DNA of 61,017 nt from Gemmatimonadota bacterium (GTDB lineage Bacteria > Gemmatimonadota > Gemmatimonadetes > Longimicrobiales > RSA9), in NCBI GenBank assembly GCA_040902615.1, contig JBBDWZ010000286.1:228-61244 (forward strand), written 5' to 3'. The translations under genes and the position numbers were made by a program. The notes below the pieces were generated by a model. That model saw nothing but the letters and a program-made list of their open reading frames with translations. It had not been told where the DNA came from and made no database searches. Each line of letters starts with the position of its first letter. Within the stretch, counting starts at the first letter, position 1. Below are positions 46,784-56,926 of this stretch, piece after piece.

Positions 46784-49700
46784 TGCCCGGGACCAGGACC
46801 TTTGTTGACCGGTAGCCAATCCATCCACCAGCGCCGCTCGAGCTTGCGCTTCTCCGGCCAGATCTCGTCCAGCGTTTCCGATTCGAGCAGGAAACCGTTG
46901 CGCATCACATAGCGCGGCTTCAGGATGCTGCGCAGGTCGGTGAGCGGGTTGGCATCGAACACAATGAGATCGGCCAGCTTGCCAATCTCGATCGATCCGA
47001 GATCCCGATCCACACCAATCGACTTCGCGCCGAAGATCGTGCCCACGCGCAAGACATCGTGGTTGGACATACCACCGGATCCGATCAGCAGGAGGTCCCA
47101 CGGCGTGCCGATGCCCTGCACTTCGTGATGCGCGCCGACGCCGACTGCGCCACCGTGCTTCACGATCTTCGCGGCCGCCTCGGAAACGCCCTTGAAGATG
47201 AAGTCATCTTCCGGCGCCCAGATGCCCTGGCGCGTGCGCCGATTCAGATCGGGCTGAAACGTGAAGCGCTTGAGGCGCGGCTCTTCATACGCGTTCTCTC
47301 GCGCGATCATGTAGTACTTGCCCTCCGGCCCACCGTAGGCGACCAGCATGGTCGGCGTGTACGTGATCTCGCTGGCGGCTGACAACAGCGCGAAGTCCTT
47401 GTACACGGGCCAGATCTCGTACGCGTGCTCGTGACCGGCGTAGCCATCCAGCATCTCCGAGATGCTCATCTTGAAGTCGCCGGCACCTTCAGTGGTCGGC
47501 GAGATGCGATTTTCGTAGGTTGCCATTACGATGAGCTGGCGCGTGCGGCGGTTGCCCGCGACGTACTGCTTGATGGTCTGCGTTTCGTAGAACTCGGCGT
47601 AGCGGCGCACGACTTCCCGAGCACGCGTAAGCGTGTTGATCTGCTCACCGCTGAAGATGCCCTGGCCGGTGCCCATGAAACGCGGGCCAAGCATATCGCC
47701 GGCGCGAATGCGGTCGCCGTACGTGATGATCGCGCTCGTGTTGGTCTGCGGATCGCGCATCGTCGTCACACCAAAAGCGAGGTTGGCGTGGAAGGCGGGC
47801 ACGGCGGTCTTGTGCACGTCGGGCGAGGGCCAGGTGTGGGCGTGCACGTCAACCCAGCCGGGCACGATGGTTTTGCCGGTCACGTCGATGGTCTGCGCGT
47901 TGGGCGGGATGACGACGCTGCCGTATGGGCCAACCGCCGTGATGCGATGGTTGGTCACCACGATGTCGCCGCGCTCGATGACCTCGGCGCCCTTCATGCT
48001 GATGATGCGCGCGCCCCTGAGCCCGACCACGCCGCTCGGCTTCTCCGCGGCAACCGCGATCCTGATGTCGTAACGCGCGGGCGAATACACCGGCCGATAC
48101 GGGAGCGTGTCGGCGCCGGGTACCGGCAGCGTGTCGCCGGCCAGCCGCTTCTGCCAGGCTCCGCGCAATGAATCGGCGCGTGCATTCATCGCAGCGGCGA
48201 TGTCGTATAGGAAGAAGGAACGGCCGAGCGAGAAGTACAGGTACCTGCCGTCGTTGCTCCAGCCGGGGAACTCGGCGCCGACTTCGATGGCAGTTTGTGT
48301 GGGAACCAGCGGCCGCTCGGCACGCGCATTCAGCGCAATAGCGCTACCGATTGTTGGTGCGGGGAACACCGAGATGCGCTTGGTCCCGGTATTCATCACG
48401 AAGCCGTACTTCCCATCCGGCGACAGCATCACAGCATCGCCGGTGTAGATCGTGCGCGGGTCCGAGCCATCCCAGCGCACCGATCGCAGTTCAGTCCCGC
48501 TCGTATACAGGATGCGATCGGGATCCGGCCCGAAATGCGCGAGCGGACCCGCCGGCATGGTCGACACGCCGCCAATCTCGATGATCTCCTTCAATGCGCC
48601 GCCATCCGCGTTCATCCAGGCCAGGCTCAACGGGCCTTCGTCCATGGCGCCGCTCAGGCGGTCGACGTAGTTGCGCCGCGGTACCCACGGCCCGGTTGCG
48701 ACCACGATGCGTTTGCCATCCGGCGAATACACGGGACGATAGTAGAACGCGGGCGCAGCGCTAAGCTTGCGCAGGCCCGAGCCATCGGCATTCACGACGT
48801 ACAGCTCGCCACCCGCTTCATCGGTCCAGGTCGCGAACACGACCTGCCTGCCATCCGGTGACCAGGCCGGCGAATGCTCGACCACGTTTTTCACAGTGGT
48901 GATTCGCTTCGGCGCACCTCCGGACAATTCCGTGATGTACAGCTTGTCGAGCGCGCTGAACGCAAGACGCCTGAGGTCGGGTGAGGGCGCGGGATCGCGG
49001 ATCTGTCGGGCAAAAAACGTGTCGGCGATCGGATACTGAAAGCGCGACAGCGGTCCCAGGTACTGCTCGACGTCGGCGCGGAAGGGAATCATGGTCGGCT
49101 TGCCGGTCGCTGCATCGATCTTCCAGATCTTACCGCCATAGGTCGTGAGGATGGCGGATGCGTCGGGCAGCCAGGCCGGGTTCGGCATGACACCTAGGCT
49201 GGCTGCCCGCATGCTGGCGTCGTGCTGCACGTCCATGCGCAGCACTTTCTCATCGCCACTCTCGATATCACGCAGCATGAGTGCAGTACGGCTGTCTTGG
49301 CGCGTGAAGTACGCGAGCTTCCGGCCGTCCGGGCTGACCGATACCTGCATCGCGCCGCCGGGATTGCTCACCAGGGTGTGCGCGCGACCTGTTGTGCGAT
49401 CGTAGACGAGGATCTGGCCCGAGCGGTTCGACGTGTACGCGCGTTTGCCGTCAGGCGAGAAAGAGGTGACGCCGTTGCCAAACGGCACGCGCACACCCTC
49501 ACCGCCGGAGAGGTGGTAGAGGTTCTGCGCGCCCAGGATGTACTCGCCGTCCGGCGTCCACACTGGGAACGACATCGATCCGCCCGGCAACTGCGAGAGC
49601 CGCACCGGATCGGAACCATCCGCGTTCGCGACCCATAACTGGTCACTGCCCGAACGATCCGAGATGAAGGCAATGCGTTTCCCCTCCGGCGAGAACGTCG

Positions 49701-50031
49701 GCTGCACATCCATCGAGTTGCCGCCCAGGATGCGCTTCGCTTTGCCGCCGGTGATGGGAACCGTGTAAACGTCACCGAGCAGATCGAACATCACGGTGCG
49801 TCCATCGGGAGAGACGGCCAGCGACATCCAGGTGCCCTCATCGACGGTGAAGCGCGCGATGCGGGTCGGCTTGAGCGGCAGCGTGTTGGTCGGGTCGCGC
49901 GGCAACGTGCCGGGAACCACCGTGTACTCACGCGCTCCGTTCTGCGCGTTGAGTGCAGGTGTGTACAGCGCGCTCCACAGCAGCACCCCGCAGATCGCGT
50001 GTTGAGCCAGGGTCACGGGTCTGGTATACAT
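46780..50031 (-). CDS. TolB-like beta-propeller / amidohydrolase-superfamily fusion protein (paralog A, metal-site motifs intact)
   Basis: GAGGAG lies 8 nt upstream of the ATG at 50031. The signal peptide is followed by repeated SPDG(R/K) WD40-like blades. The C-terminal amidohydrolase domain has VDVHAHTW, GYAGHEHAYE, GVGAHHEVQG and ADLIVFDANPL. Confidence 0.9.
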   Translation of the reverse strand: MYTRPVTLAQHAICGVLLWSALYTPALNAQNGAREYTVVPGTLPRDPTNTLPLKPTRIARFTVDEGTWMSLAVSPDGRTVMFDLLGDVYTVPITGGKAKRILGGNSMDVQPTFSPEGKRIAFISDRSGSDQLWVANADGSDPVRLSQLPGGSMSFPVWTPDGEYILGAQNLYHLSGGEGVRVPFGNGVTSFSPDGKRAYTSNRSGQILVYDRTTGRAHTLVSNPGGAMQVSVSPDGRKLAYFTRQDSRTALMLRDIESGDEKVLRMDVQHDASMRAASLGVMPNPAWLPDASAILTTYGGKIWKIDAATGKPTMIPFRADVEQYLGPLSRFQYPIADTFFARQIRDPAPSPDLRRLAFSALDKLYITELSGGAPKRITTVKNVVEHSPAWSPDGRQVVFATWTDEAGGELYVVNADGSGLRKLSAAPAFYYRPVYSPDGKRIVVATGPWVPRRNYVDRLSGAMDEGPLSLAWMNADGGALKEIIEIGGVSTMPAGPLAHFGPDPDRILYTSGTELRSVRWDGSDPRTIYTGDAVMLSPDGKYGFVMNTGTKRISVFPAPTIGSAIALNARAERPLVPTQTAIEVGAEFPGWSNDGRYLYFSLGRSFFLYDIAAAMNARADSLRGAWQKRLAGDTLPVPGADTLPYRPVYSPARYDIRIAVAAEKPSGVVGLRGARIISMKGAEVIERGDIVVTNHRITAVGPYGSVVIPPNAQTIDVTGKTIVPGWVDVHAHTWPSPDVHKTAVPAFHANLAFGVTTMRDPQTNTSAIITYGDRIRAGDMLGPRFMGTGQGIFSGEQINTLTRAREVVRRYAEFYETQTIKQYVAGNRRTRQLIVMATYENRISPTTEGAGDFKMSISEMLDGYAGHEHAYEIWPVYKDFALLSAASEITYTPTMLVAYGGPEGKYYMIARENAYEEPRLKRFTFQPDLNRRTRQGIWAPEDDFIFKGVSEAAAKIVKHGGAVGVGAHHEVQGIGTPWDLLLIGSGGMSNHDVLRVGTIFGAKSIGVDRDLGSIEIGKLADLIVFDANPLTDLRSILKPRYVMRNGFLLESETLDEIWPEKRKLERRWWMDWLPVNKGPGPGQ

Positions 50032-50224
50032 CAGTGGTTCTCCTCGCCGTTCAGGCGCGGCGGCCTCGAGCAATCAAGCTGCAGTGAGATGCAGCGTAGC
50101 CGGTCAATGCGCAAGACGACCCGCAGCCCTTCGCCGAGCAGCGTGCCTGATTCGGTCGGCACTATCGCAAGCCGGATCGCGCGTGACACTATATCGCGCG
50201 TCACACTATTCGGAGGCTCGAATC

Positions 50225-50725
50225 GTGATTCGAAGAGCGGAGCCGGCTGATCTGCCGGACGTCGTCGCCATCATTAACAACGCGGCGCAAGCCTATCGCG
50301 GCGTAATTCCCGACGATCGCTGGCATGAGCCCTACATGCCGCTGGCCGACCTGGAGCGCGAGATTGCGCAGGGCGTCGAGTTTTGGATCGCCGAAGACGA
50401 TGGACGCGTCGCCGGTGTCATCGGCATCCAGGACAAAGGCCCGGTTGCGCTGGTGCGCCACGCCTACGTCGCGCCCGGTACCCAGCGTAAGGGCCTCGGT
50501 ACCCGGCTGCTGCGCCACATCGAAAGCCTCAGCGACAAGCCCATCCTGATCGGCACCTGGGCCGCCGCATCGTGGGCCATTGACTTCTATCGGCGCAACG
50601 GCTTCACCGTTGTGCCGGACGACGAACGGAATCGCCTGCTGCGCAGCTTCTGGTCGATCCCCGAGCGGCAAATCGAAACCTCGGTCGTGCTGGCTGACAG
50701 ACGCTGGTTGGCAGCCGGCAGCTGA
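50225..50725 (+). CDS. GNAT-family N-acetyltransferase
   Basis: GTG at 50225 with GGAGG 8 nt upstream. VIRRAEPADLPDVVAIINNA...VAPGTQRKGLGTRLLRHI contains the acetyl-CoA-binding Q/RxxGxG motif. Confidence 0.8.
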   Translation: MIRRAEPADLPDVVAIINNAAQAYRGVIPDDRWHEPYMPLADLEREIAQGVEFWIAEDDGRVAGVIGIQDKGPVALVRHAYVAPGTQRKGLGTRLLRHIESLSDKPILIGTWAAASWAIDFYRRNGFTVVPDDERNRLLRSFWSIPERQIETSVVLADRRWLAAGS

Positions 50726-50858
50726 CCACCGCAATGCATGGTGGCGATGTCGCCCGTGTATTGATTGCGTTTGGCACGCATGACTCCCTGCTTGACCGGT
50801 CGGCAACGCCGTCCTACCTTATATGTCGAAGGTTGATGTAACGAAGCTTGAGGTAACT

Positions 50859-51194
50859 ATGGCAAGCGCGCGGTTTCCGATCCCGCAGGGCACACTCGAT
50901 ATGCTGGTGCTTCAGATTCTCTCGCTGGAGCCAGCCCACGGCTACGCCATCGCGCAGCGACTGCAACAGGTCTCACGCGAGGCAGTCCAGGTCAACCAGG
51001 GATCACTGTACCCGGCGTTGCACCGGCTCGAGCAGAAAGGCTGGCTCAAAGCGGAGTGGCGCCAGTCGGGTACGGGGCGCGAAGCCAAGATCTACTCGCT
51101 CACGCGCGCGGGCGCGAAGCAGCTCGCGGTCGAGAAGGAGAGCTGGGGCCGGCTCACGATGGCCGTGCAGCTGATCTTCAACGAGGGGAGCTAG
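50859..51194 (+). CDS. PadR-family transcriptional regulator
   Basis: GAGGT lies 5 nt upstream of the ATG at 50859. [25 protein letters not shown]...[14 protein letters not shown]...[13 protein letters not shown]. The alternative ATG at 50823 gives an atypically long N-terminus. Confidence 0.9.
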   Translation: MASARFPIPQGTLDMLVLQILSLEPAHGYAIAQRLQQVSREAVQVNQGSLYPALHRLEQKGWLKAEWRQSGTGREAKIYSLTRAGAKQLAVEKESWGRLTMAVQLIFNEGS

Positions 51195-51196
51195 CG

Positions 51197-53911
51197 ATGC
51201 CAAGGATCTTCAACCTGTTGCCCTGGCGGCGCAGCCGGCTGGAATATGACCTCGATCGTGAGCTGCGCTACCACATCGACAGCCGGGTCGAGGAGCTGAA
51301 GCGTTCCGGCCTGAGTGAAGCGGCAGCACGGAGACAAACCGGACTCGAGTTCGGCAGTATCGACGATGTGCAGGAGGAAGTGCGCGATACCTGGACCTGG
51401 CATTGGCTCGACCATCTGAGTCGCGACTTCAGATATGCCGGTCGAACGCTGTTGCGCAATCCGGGCTTCGCGGCCGCTGCCGTGCTTTCACTCGCGCTAG
51501 GCATCGGTGCAAACGCAGCCATTTTTTCGCTGGTCGACCAGGTGCTTCTGCGGCCGCTTCCGGTGAACGAACCCGAACGACTCGTGCATCTGGACTGGAA
51601 AGGCTGGTCAGTCTCGTCGTCATGGGGCAGCGGCAATTTGATGTCGTATGCGCATTGCCGGGAGTTGAACGAGCGGGGACAGTTTTTCGACGGCGTTTTC
51701 TGTCGTCATCCCACGCAAGTGAACTTCTCGACCGGGCAACAGCACGAGCCGGTGCGTGCGGAGATCGTGTCAGGTTCGTTCTTTCCAGTACTCGGCGTGC
51801 AGCCGGAGCTGGGCCGACTGATTGGACCGTCGGATGATCGCCAGCCGGGCGCGCATCCGGTTGCCGTGCTCTCGTACGGATTCTGGCAGAACCATTTCGG
51901 CGGCGCGCGCGATGTGATCGGCCGCAAGCTGCTGATCAACAACCATCCGATGACGGTCATCGGCATTGCGCCGGCAAGCTTCAAGGGCGTCGATCCAATA
52001 GAAAATCCCGCTTTGTATCTGCCGGCGATGATGACGCAGCAGGCGGTGCCGGAATTGGGACCACGTGTGCTCGATCGGCGCACGGTGTGGATGCATGTGT
52101 TCGCTCGTCTCGACCCAGATATGACCGCCGTACAGGCGCGTGCCCGCATTCAGCCGTGGTTCAAGTCGATGCTCGATGCGGATATGCGGCTGGAGAGCTT
52201 CCCGAGTGTGACCGGCGAGCAGCGCGCCATTTATCTCGCTTCGAGCCTCGAGCTGTTGCCCGCCGCTCGTGGGTTTTCGATTCAGCGCGCCGCGCTCGAA
52301 CGGCCGCTTTGGGTACTGCTGGGTGGAACGTCGCTCCTGCTTCTGCTGGCGGGTCTGAACGTCGCCGGGCTTCTCCTCGCGCGGGGCGCGGCGCGCAGCC
52401 GGGAAATCACGACGCGCGCGGCGCTGGGGGCCACCCGGTCTCGAATCACCAGCCAGCTGCTGGTCGAGAGTGCTCTCATCGCGCTGGGTGGAGGACTGCT
52501 GGGTTTGATGGTCGCGCCGGCCGTGTCTCGAGCGCTGCTTTCCTTCCGTTCGCAGGTAACCGATCTGAGTTTCCAGTTCGATCGGCGTTTCCTGTTGTTC
52601 GCCGCGCTGGTGAGCCTGGTCACACTCGCAGTGTGCGGGCTGGCGCCGGCGCTGCAGGCTGGGCGCAGGTCGCTCATCTCCTCGTTCAACGATCGATCCG
52701 GTAGTACCACCGGCGGCGCTGTTCGAATTCGAAAGACGATCGTCGTGGCCCAGATGGCCTTCACCCTGATTCTGCTGATTGGAGCGGGTTTGTTTGTGCA
52801 GACGGTGGCGCGACTCTATGCCAAGGACCGTGGCTTTGACAGCGGTCGCCTGGTCATACTCTCAGTCAACGCGCCGGCGATCGGGTATTCGGATTCGGCG
52901 GCCGTGCAACTCATGCGCGACCTGCAGCGAAAGCTGCAAGACCTGCCGGGTATCGAGCGCGCCGCTGTGTCCAATTCGTCACTGCTCAGCGGCGGGAGTT
53001 TCCGTCGGAGCCTGACCATCCAATCCACGGAACGAATCGTCACGGAGCAGACCATCCCAGGTCTACGAGTAAGTCCCGGATTCTTTGCGACGCTGGGCAC
53101 CCGCCTGATTGCCGGCCGCGAGTTCAACCAGAGCGACGTTCCGCGCGCGGAAGAGTCTCGCTATCGCTCGGTCATCGTAAACCAGAGTTTTGCCCGGCGC
53201 TACTTTGGCACGCGCAATCCGGTCGGCCAGCGCATTGGCGTCGGCAATCAACCCGATACGCCGACCACGATCGAGATCGTCGGCGTGATCGAAGACATCA
53301 GCTTTCGCTTGATCCGCGAGGAGGAACCCGAACACGTGTTCTTTCCGTTTGGCCATCCATCAGCGCAGTCGGCGGACGGTTCGTTCGTGCTGCGCGTGCG
53401 AGGCAACCCGGAATCCGTGTTTCCGTCGATTCGCGCGGCAGTCGCGGAAATGAACCCGGCGCTGCCGGTCGGCTCACTGACAACGCTGGACGATCAGGTT
53501 GACCGTTCACTGGGAACGGAGCGGATGCTGGCCACGTTATCGAGCGGGTTCGGCGCGATCGCCCTGCTGCTCTCCGTAGTTGGTCTGTACGGTGTCGTCT
53601 CGTTTGTGGTCATGCAGCGAAGGCAGGAAATCGGTGTCCGCGTCGCACTCGGCGCCACCCGCTCCGCCGCGGTGTGGCTCATTACTCGGGATGCGTTGAT
53701 CATGATCATCGCCGGAATCGGCATTGCCCTCCCCGCTGCCTGGGCGCTTCGGCGGCTGGTCGAGACGCAGCTCTTCGGCGTTGGCGCCTTCGACGGACCG
53801 ACGATCGCCGCCGCGATTTGTCTACTGGCGTTGGTTGCGCTCGGCGCTGCGCTGCGTCCCGCGTGGCGCGCCGCTTCGGTGAGCCCGACCGAGGCGCTGC
53901 GATTTGATTAG
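51197..53911 (+). CDS. ABC transporter permease, ADOP family (PadR-linked subtype)
   Basis: ATG at 51197, 2 nt after the PadR stop. N-terminal helix [30 protein letters not shown]..., two FtsX modules, ending in [12 protein letters not shown]. Confidence 0.9.
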   Translation: MPRIFNLLPWRRSRLEYDLDRELRYHIDSRVEELKRSGLSEAAARRQTGLEFGSIDDVQEEVRDTWTWHWLDHLSRDFRYAGRTLLRNPGFAAAAVLSLALGIGANAAIFSLVDQVLLRPLPVNEPERLVHLDWKGWSVSSSWGSGNLMSYAHCRELNERGQFFDGVFCRHPTQVNFSTGQQHEPVRAEIVSGSFFPVLGVQPELGRLIGPSDDRQPGAHPVAVLSYGFWQNHFGGARDVIGRKLLINNHPMTVIGIAPASFKGVDPIENPALYLPAMMTQQAVPELGPRVLDRRTVWMHVFARLDPDMTAVQARARIQPWFKSMLDADMRLESFPSVTGEQRAIYLASSLELLPAARGFSIQRAALERPLWVLLGGTSLLLLLAGLNVAGLLLARGAARSREITTRAALGATRSRITSQLLVESALIALGGGLLGLMVAPAVSRALLSFRSQVTDLSFQFDRRFLLFAALVSLVTLAVCGLAPALQAGRRSLISSFNDRSGSTTGGAVRIRKTIVVAQMAFTLILLIGAGLFVQTVARLYAKDRGFDSGRLVILSVNAPAIGYSDSAAVQLMRDLQRKLQDLPGIERAAVSNSSLLSGGSFRRSLTIQSTERIVTEQTIPGLRVSPGFFATLGTRLIAGREFNQSDVPRAEESRYRSVIVNQSFARRYFGTRNPVGQRIGVGNQPDTPTTIEIVGVIEDISFRLIREEEPEHVFFPFGHPSAQSADGSFVLRVRGNPESVFPSIRAAVAEMNPALPVGSLTTLDDQVDRSLGTERMLATLSSGFGAIALLLSVVGLYGVVSFVVMQRRQEIGVRVALGATRSAAVWLITRDALIMIIAGIGIALPAAWALRRLVETQLFGVGAFDGPTIAAAICLLALVALGAALRPAWRAASVSPTEALRFD

Positions 53912-53929
53912 CGGTTCTCCTCGGCCACT
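53910..53929. repeat. Left copy of a 20-bp direct repeat (1 mismatch) duplicating the 3' end of the amidohydrolase gene
   Basis: agcggttctcctcggCcact at 53910-53929 versus agcggttctcctcggTcact at 56929-56948. The reverse complement of 53908-53928 reads VAEENR-TAA, compared with VTEENR-TGA at the real gene end. Its TAA overlaps the permease TAG (TTAG). Confidence 0.9.
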
Positions 53930-54142
53930 CGCGCAGAAAGACACTGGCGCGAGGCCAAAACATTTGACGGTCGGGCTGAGAGGAACGGAAACTGCAGCGC
54001 CTTAAAACGCCTTTATCTTTTACCGATCAAGAGATCGTTTGAGCCCTAGCGGGATGATGCTATCGCAGTGGATGGGGCAGACCGGTGAAATGCCCAGGAT
54101 TGGGAATGGCAACATCGGCAACGTCAGAGAAATGCTATTGAG

Positions 54143-55390
54143 GTGGGGATGGGTCTACGATCGCTCGCTGCATCCTGCTGCCTGATTTGCGGTGGTGCCT
54201 TGGTCGCATGTTCACTACACGACCCGCCGGCCGTCAACCGTGCCTCGGAAAGCTGCGCGGATGTGACGTGGAGCAACTGGCAGCACCTCGCGACCTTTCG
54301 CTCCGCGACGTTGTACGATCTCAGCGCCGCCGCCTTCAATGGCAAATTGGTTGTTGTTGCCACTAAGACGGCGGGCCGAGGACTGACCCGAGGCGATTTC
54401 GGTTTGGCTCTCGCTGACTCCAGGAATGACATCTCCGACGTTCCACAGGGTAATTTCCTCTTCCTCGCACCCCGAATCGCATTCGATCGGCAAGGCGCCC
54501 TGCATCTCTTTTGGGGGGAAACCGCGCCTGCCACGCAAATTGCCGGAGCCGTTGGGCTTCTGCCGGTGAGTACGATTTGGCACTCGGTCCACCAGCCCAG
54601 CGGCAATTGGTCACAGCCTCAACAAGTCTATGCCTCTAAGCGTCATCTGTATTGGAATGCAGATTACGCTGAGGTCGTGACTATTGATGGCGTACCTCAT
54701 GCCATTATTGCCGATTTCGATTTTCCATTTGCACTGGTGCATATCACCATGCAGGGAACGAAGGCAACGGTTGAACGCGTGCCGACGTACGTCGCCGCCT
54801 ACACGACGATAACAGAAACAACTAAATCTCCAGGCATTCTAGTTGGCTATATGGCAGCCGATACGGTCAGGCCTGCTGTCGGGAACAGCGTGTTCGCACG
54901 GCGGCGGACAGTTTCCGGGTGGTCTGACGCAACACGCATTCAGCGATCTACGGACGGAGGTGCAACCAGCGTGCACATCCGAAAAGCAGGGAGCGGCGTT
55001 GTGCACGCGATCTGGGCGCAAAGCCATTCTGATGGACTGGCTCCCGATGGTTGGCGAACGGCGTACTCTCGGGACGACGGGCAGACCTGGAGTGCGCCGC
55101 ACACCACCGCAAGAGCAGAGGACGGCCTGTCGAGCTTCCGAGTGCAGTCCTACCCCTCGTCCTGCCTCCGCGTGTTCTACCTGGCCGGCAAATCGATGAT
55201 GCGCCCTTTAATGCATCATTGGATGTTAGCGGATTCTAGCTGGCAAAGCGGGGCAACGCTGCCACTCGCCAATGGTTTGACCATCGTGACTGCTGCGGAT
55301 GATAGTGCGCTCTTTGTCGTCGAGCTTGGTCCCGGACCGCAGGATCCTACAGCGGGCGTGCTCTCGTTCGTCGTCGGTCGTCAACCTTAA
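54143..55390 (+). CDS. Hypothetical lipoprotein with BNR/Asp-box (sialidase-like propeller) motifs
   Basis: Lipobox GALVAC. Asp-box-like motifs QRSTDGGATS and YSRDDGQTWS. GTG at 54143 or ATG at 54149. Confidence 0.65.
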   Translation: MGMGLRSLAASCCLICGGALVACSLHDPPAVNRASESCADVTWSNWQHLATFRSATLYDLSAAAFNGKLVVVATKTAGRGLTRGDFGLALADSRNDISDVPQGNFLFLAPRIAFDRQGALHLFWGETAPATQIAGAVGLLPVSTIWHSVHQPSGNWSQPQQVYASKRHLYWNADYAEVVTIDGVPHAIIADFDFPFALVHITMQGTKATVERVPTYVAAYTTITETTKSPGILVGYMAADTVRPAVGNSVFARRRTVSGWSDATRIQRSTDGGATSVHIRKAGSGVVHAIWAQSHSDGLAPDGWRTAYSRDDGQTWSAPHTTARAEDGLSSFRVQSYPSSCLRVFYLAGKSMMRPLMHHWMLADSSWQSGATLPLANGLTIVTAADDSALFVVELGPGPQDPTAGVLSFVVGRQP

Positions 55391-55405
55391 GATGGGAGAC
55401 ACAGC

Positions 55406-56251
55406 ATGCGACAGACTCTCCTTCGCCTAAGTCTCGTAATTGCAATGGCAGGCGCGTGTGCTCGAGACTCGATTGTCTCGCCGGAAGCGAAACTTCCCGC
55501 GATACCGCCTTCGCCGATTTCAAATGCCAAAACATATGAGAGCACCCTTCGTTCGGAACTCGTGGCAGCGCAAAACCGGGGAGATGAGGATCAAGCTTGG
55601 CACATTCGCGATAAACTCAAGGAACTGATAGAAATGGCCGCGGGCATCAAGATTAATGATGACGCATGCACGTACATCGACATAAAACAGACCACCGTAT
55701 CGACCAGTTCCACCGGTGGCTCCGTATTGGCGCGTACACATGCGATTGGTGCACTCTCGAACTGTCCCGTGCTCGACCCGCAGCAACCCCATCGCCTCGA
55801 AGTCCTTTCAACCACCTCCACCAATATCGGAGGTCAATCCGGGCCGACCATGCCTTACGGCCCGTGTTGGACCACTGACTGTTTTGTCAGCTCACCGATT
55901 ACTTCGGAATGCGAGCAAAATCCAGGTGCGCCGGTCACCGCAAACACCTCGCACTCAGCGCGATTTTTCCTGACGAACACGGAAACCGTGGCTAACGGAT
56001 CCGAGGTAAGTGCTGTTTCGAGTGGTTCCGGGGACTGCGCCCCGCCGGCCTGCCCGCCAGGCGCGACTCCGGTGGGCAGCGGAAACTGTCAGGAGACTGA
56101 GGCGCCACCATATCCTCAATCCAGCGGAAGTGGATCCGGGCCGCCTCCCTATCAGGAGGACTGCACGTGGTGGGCGCACCTTACGTTGCGATACAACTAT
56201 GACGACGGAAATTGGTATGTAATCGCCGTTTATTATACATGCGACGAATAG
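55406..56251 (+). CDS. Hypothetical Cys-rich lipoprotein
   Basis: GGGAG lies upstream. Lipobox AMAGAC. Eleven further Cys residues, Ser/Thr/Gly/Pro-rich segments, C-terminal WYVIAVYYTCDE. No family recognised. Confidence 0.6.
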   Translation: MRQTLLRLSLVIAMAGACARDSIVSPEAKLPAIPPSPISNAKTYESTLRSELVAAQNRGDEDQAWHIRDKLKELIEMAAGIKINDDACTYIDIKQTTVSTSSTGGSVLARTHAIGALSNCPVLDPQQPHRLEVLSTTSTNIGGQSGPTMPYGPCWTTDCFVSSPITSECEQNPGAPVTANTSHSARFFLTNTETVANGSEVSAVSSGSGDCAPPACPPGATPVGSGNCQETEAPPYPQSSGSGSGPPPYQEDCTWWAHLTLRYNYDDGNWYVIAVYYTCDE

Positions 56252-56288
56252 TCCTCATACTGCCCAAAGGCAACAGATTGGAGGCTCT

Positions 56289-56699
56289 ATGTGCTCAATG
56301 TTATTAGTTACGCTGCTTGCGATCCAGATTCAGGGACAGACGGATCGCGTGATGATCGCACTCGCAAATGAGCTTGAGAAGCCGAACGCGGTAGCTGTCG
56401 TAATCAATCATCTCGATTCACATTCCACGGACGTTATTGTGCTTCGAGTTGATGCGACGCCGGAGCATTTAGCAGCGGCACTCGCAAGTTACCGAAAGCT
56501 CAGAAGCGAGCAGCGGGACGGACGCAGTATTATCCACGCGATCTCGGGAGTTCCCTTTCAGACACCGGGGCAGCGCCGCACTGCGGAGATGGTACTGACG
56601 CGTTTGCGCGGTACACCCCTGCGCGATGTTGTTGGTGTAGGACGAGTTCAGGCCGCTGAGGTCCCATTTGTAAACGGAACCATCGTGTACGTTGAGTAA
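56289..56699 (+). CDS. Small hypothetical protein (136 aa) with a hydrophobic N-terminus
   Basis: GGAGG lies upstream of the ATG. N-terminus MCSMLLVTLLAIQIQG. No family recognised. Confidence 0.5.
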   Translation: MCSMLLVTLLAIQIQGQTDRVMIALANELEKPNAVAVVINHLDSHSTDVIVLRVDATPEHLAAALASYRKLRSEQRDGRSIIHAISGVPFQTPGQRRTAEMVLTRLRGTPLRDVVGVGRVQAAEVPFVNGTIVYVE

Positions 56700-56926
56700 G
56701 CGGTATATTCGCGCTTGTAGCAAACCGACATGAGCAATGGGCAGCAGTCCTTCACCGTGGGGCTGCTGCCTCGCCAAAAGCGGTCGTTAGCCAGGCGGTG
56801 TTCTGTCGTGCACGGTGGCCGATGGCGGTTTTGATGGCGTTAACTTTGGTTGCGGATTCGTGGAGATAGCTTCAGAAAGTGTGGAAAACGAGAAAAAGGG
56901 GGTGACAACTTCAGGTCTGGTGCACA

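Noticed and set aside
53928-53953. GC-rich hairpins considered as intrinsic terminators: ctcgcgc-n12-gcgcgag at 53928-53953, and ggcagcag-n15-ctgctgcc at 56741-56771
   Set aside because: The loops are long and neither is followed by a T-tract. They may be structured, but I cannot support a terminator call.
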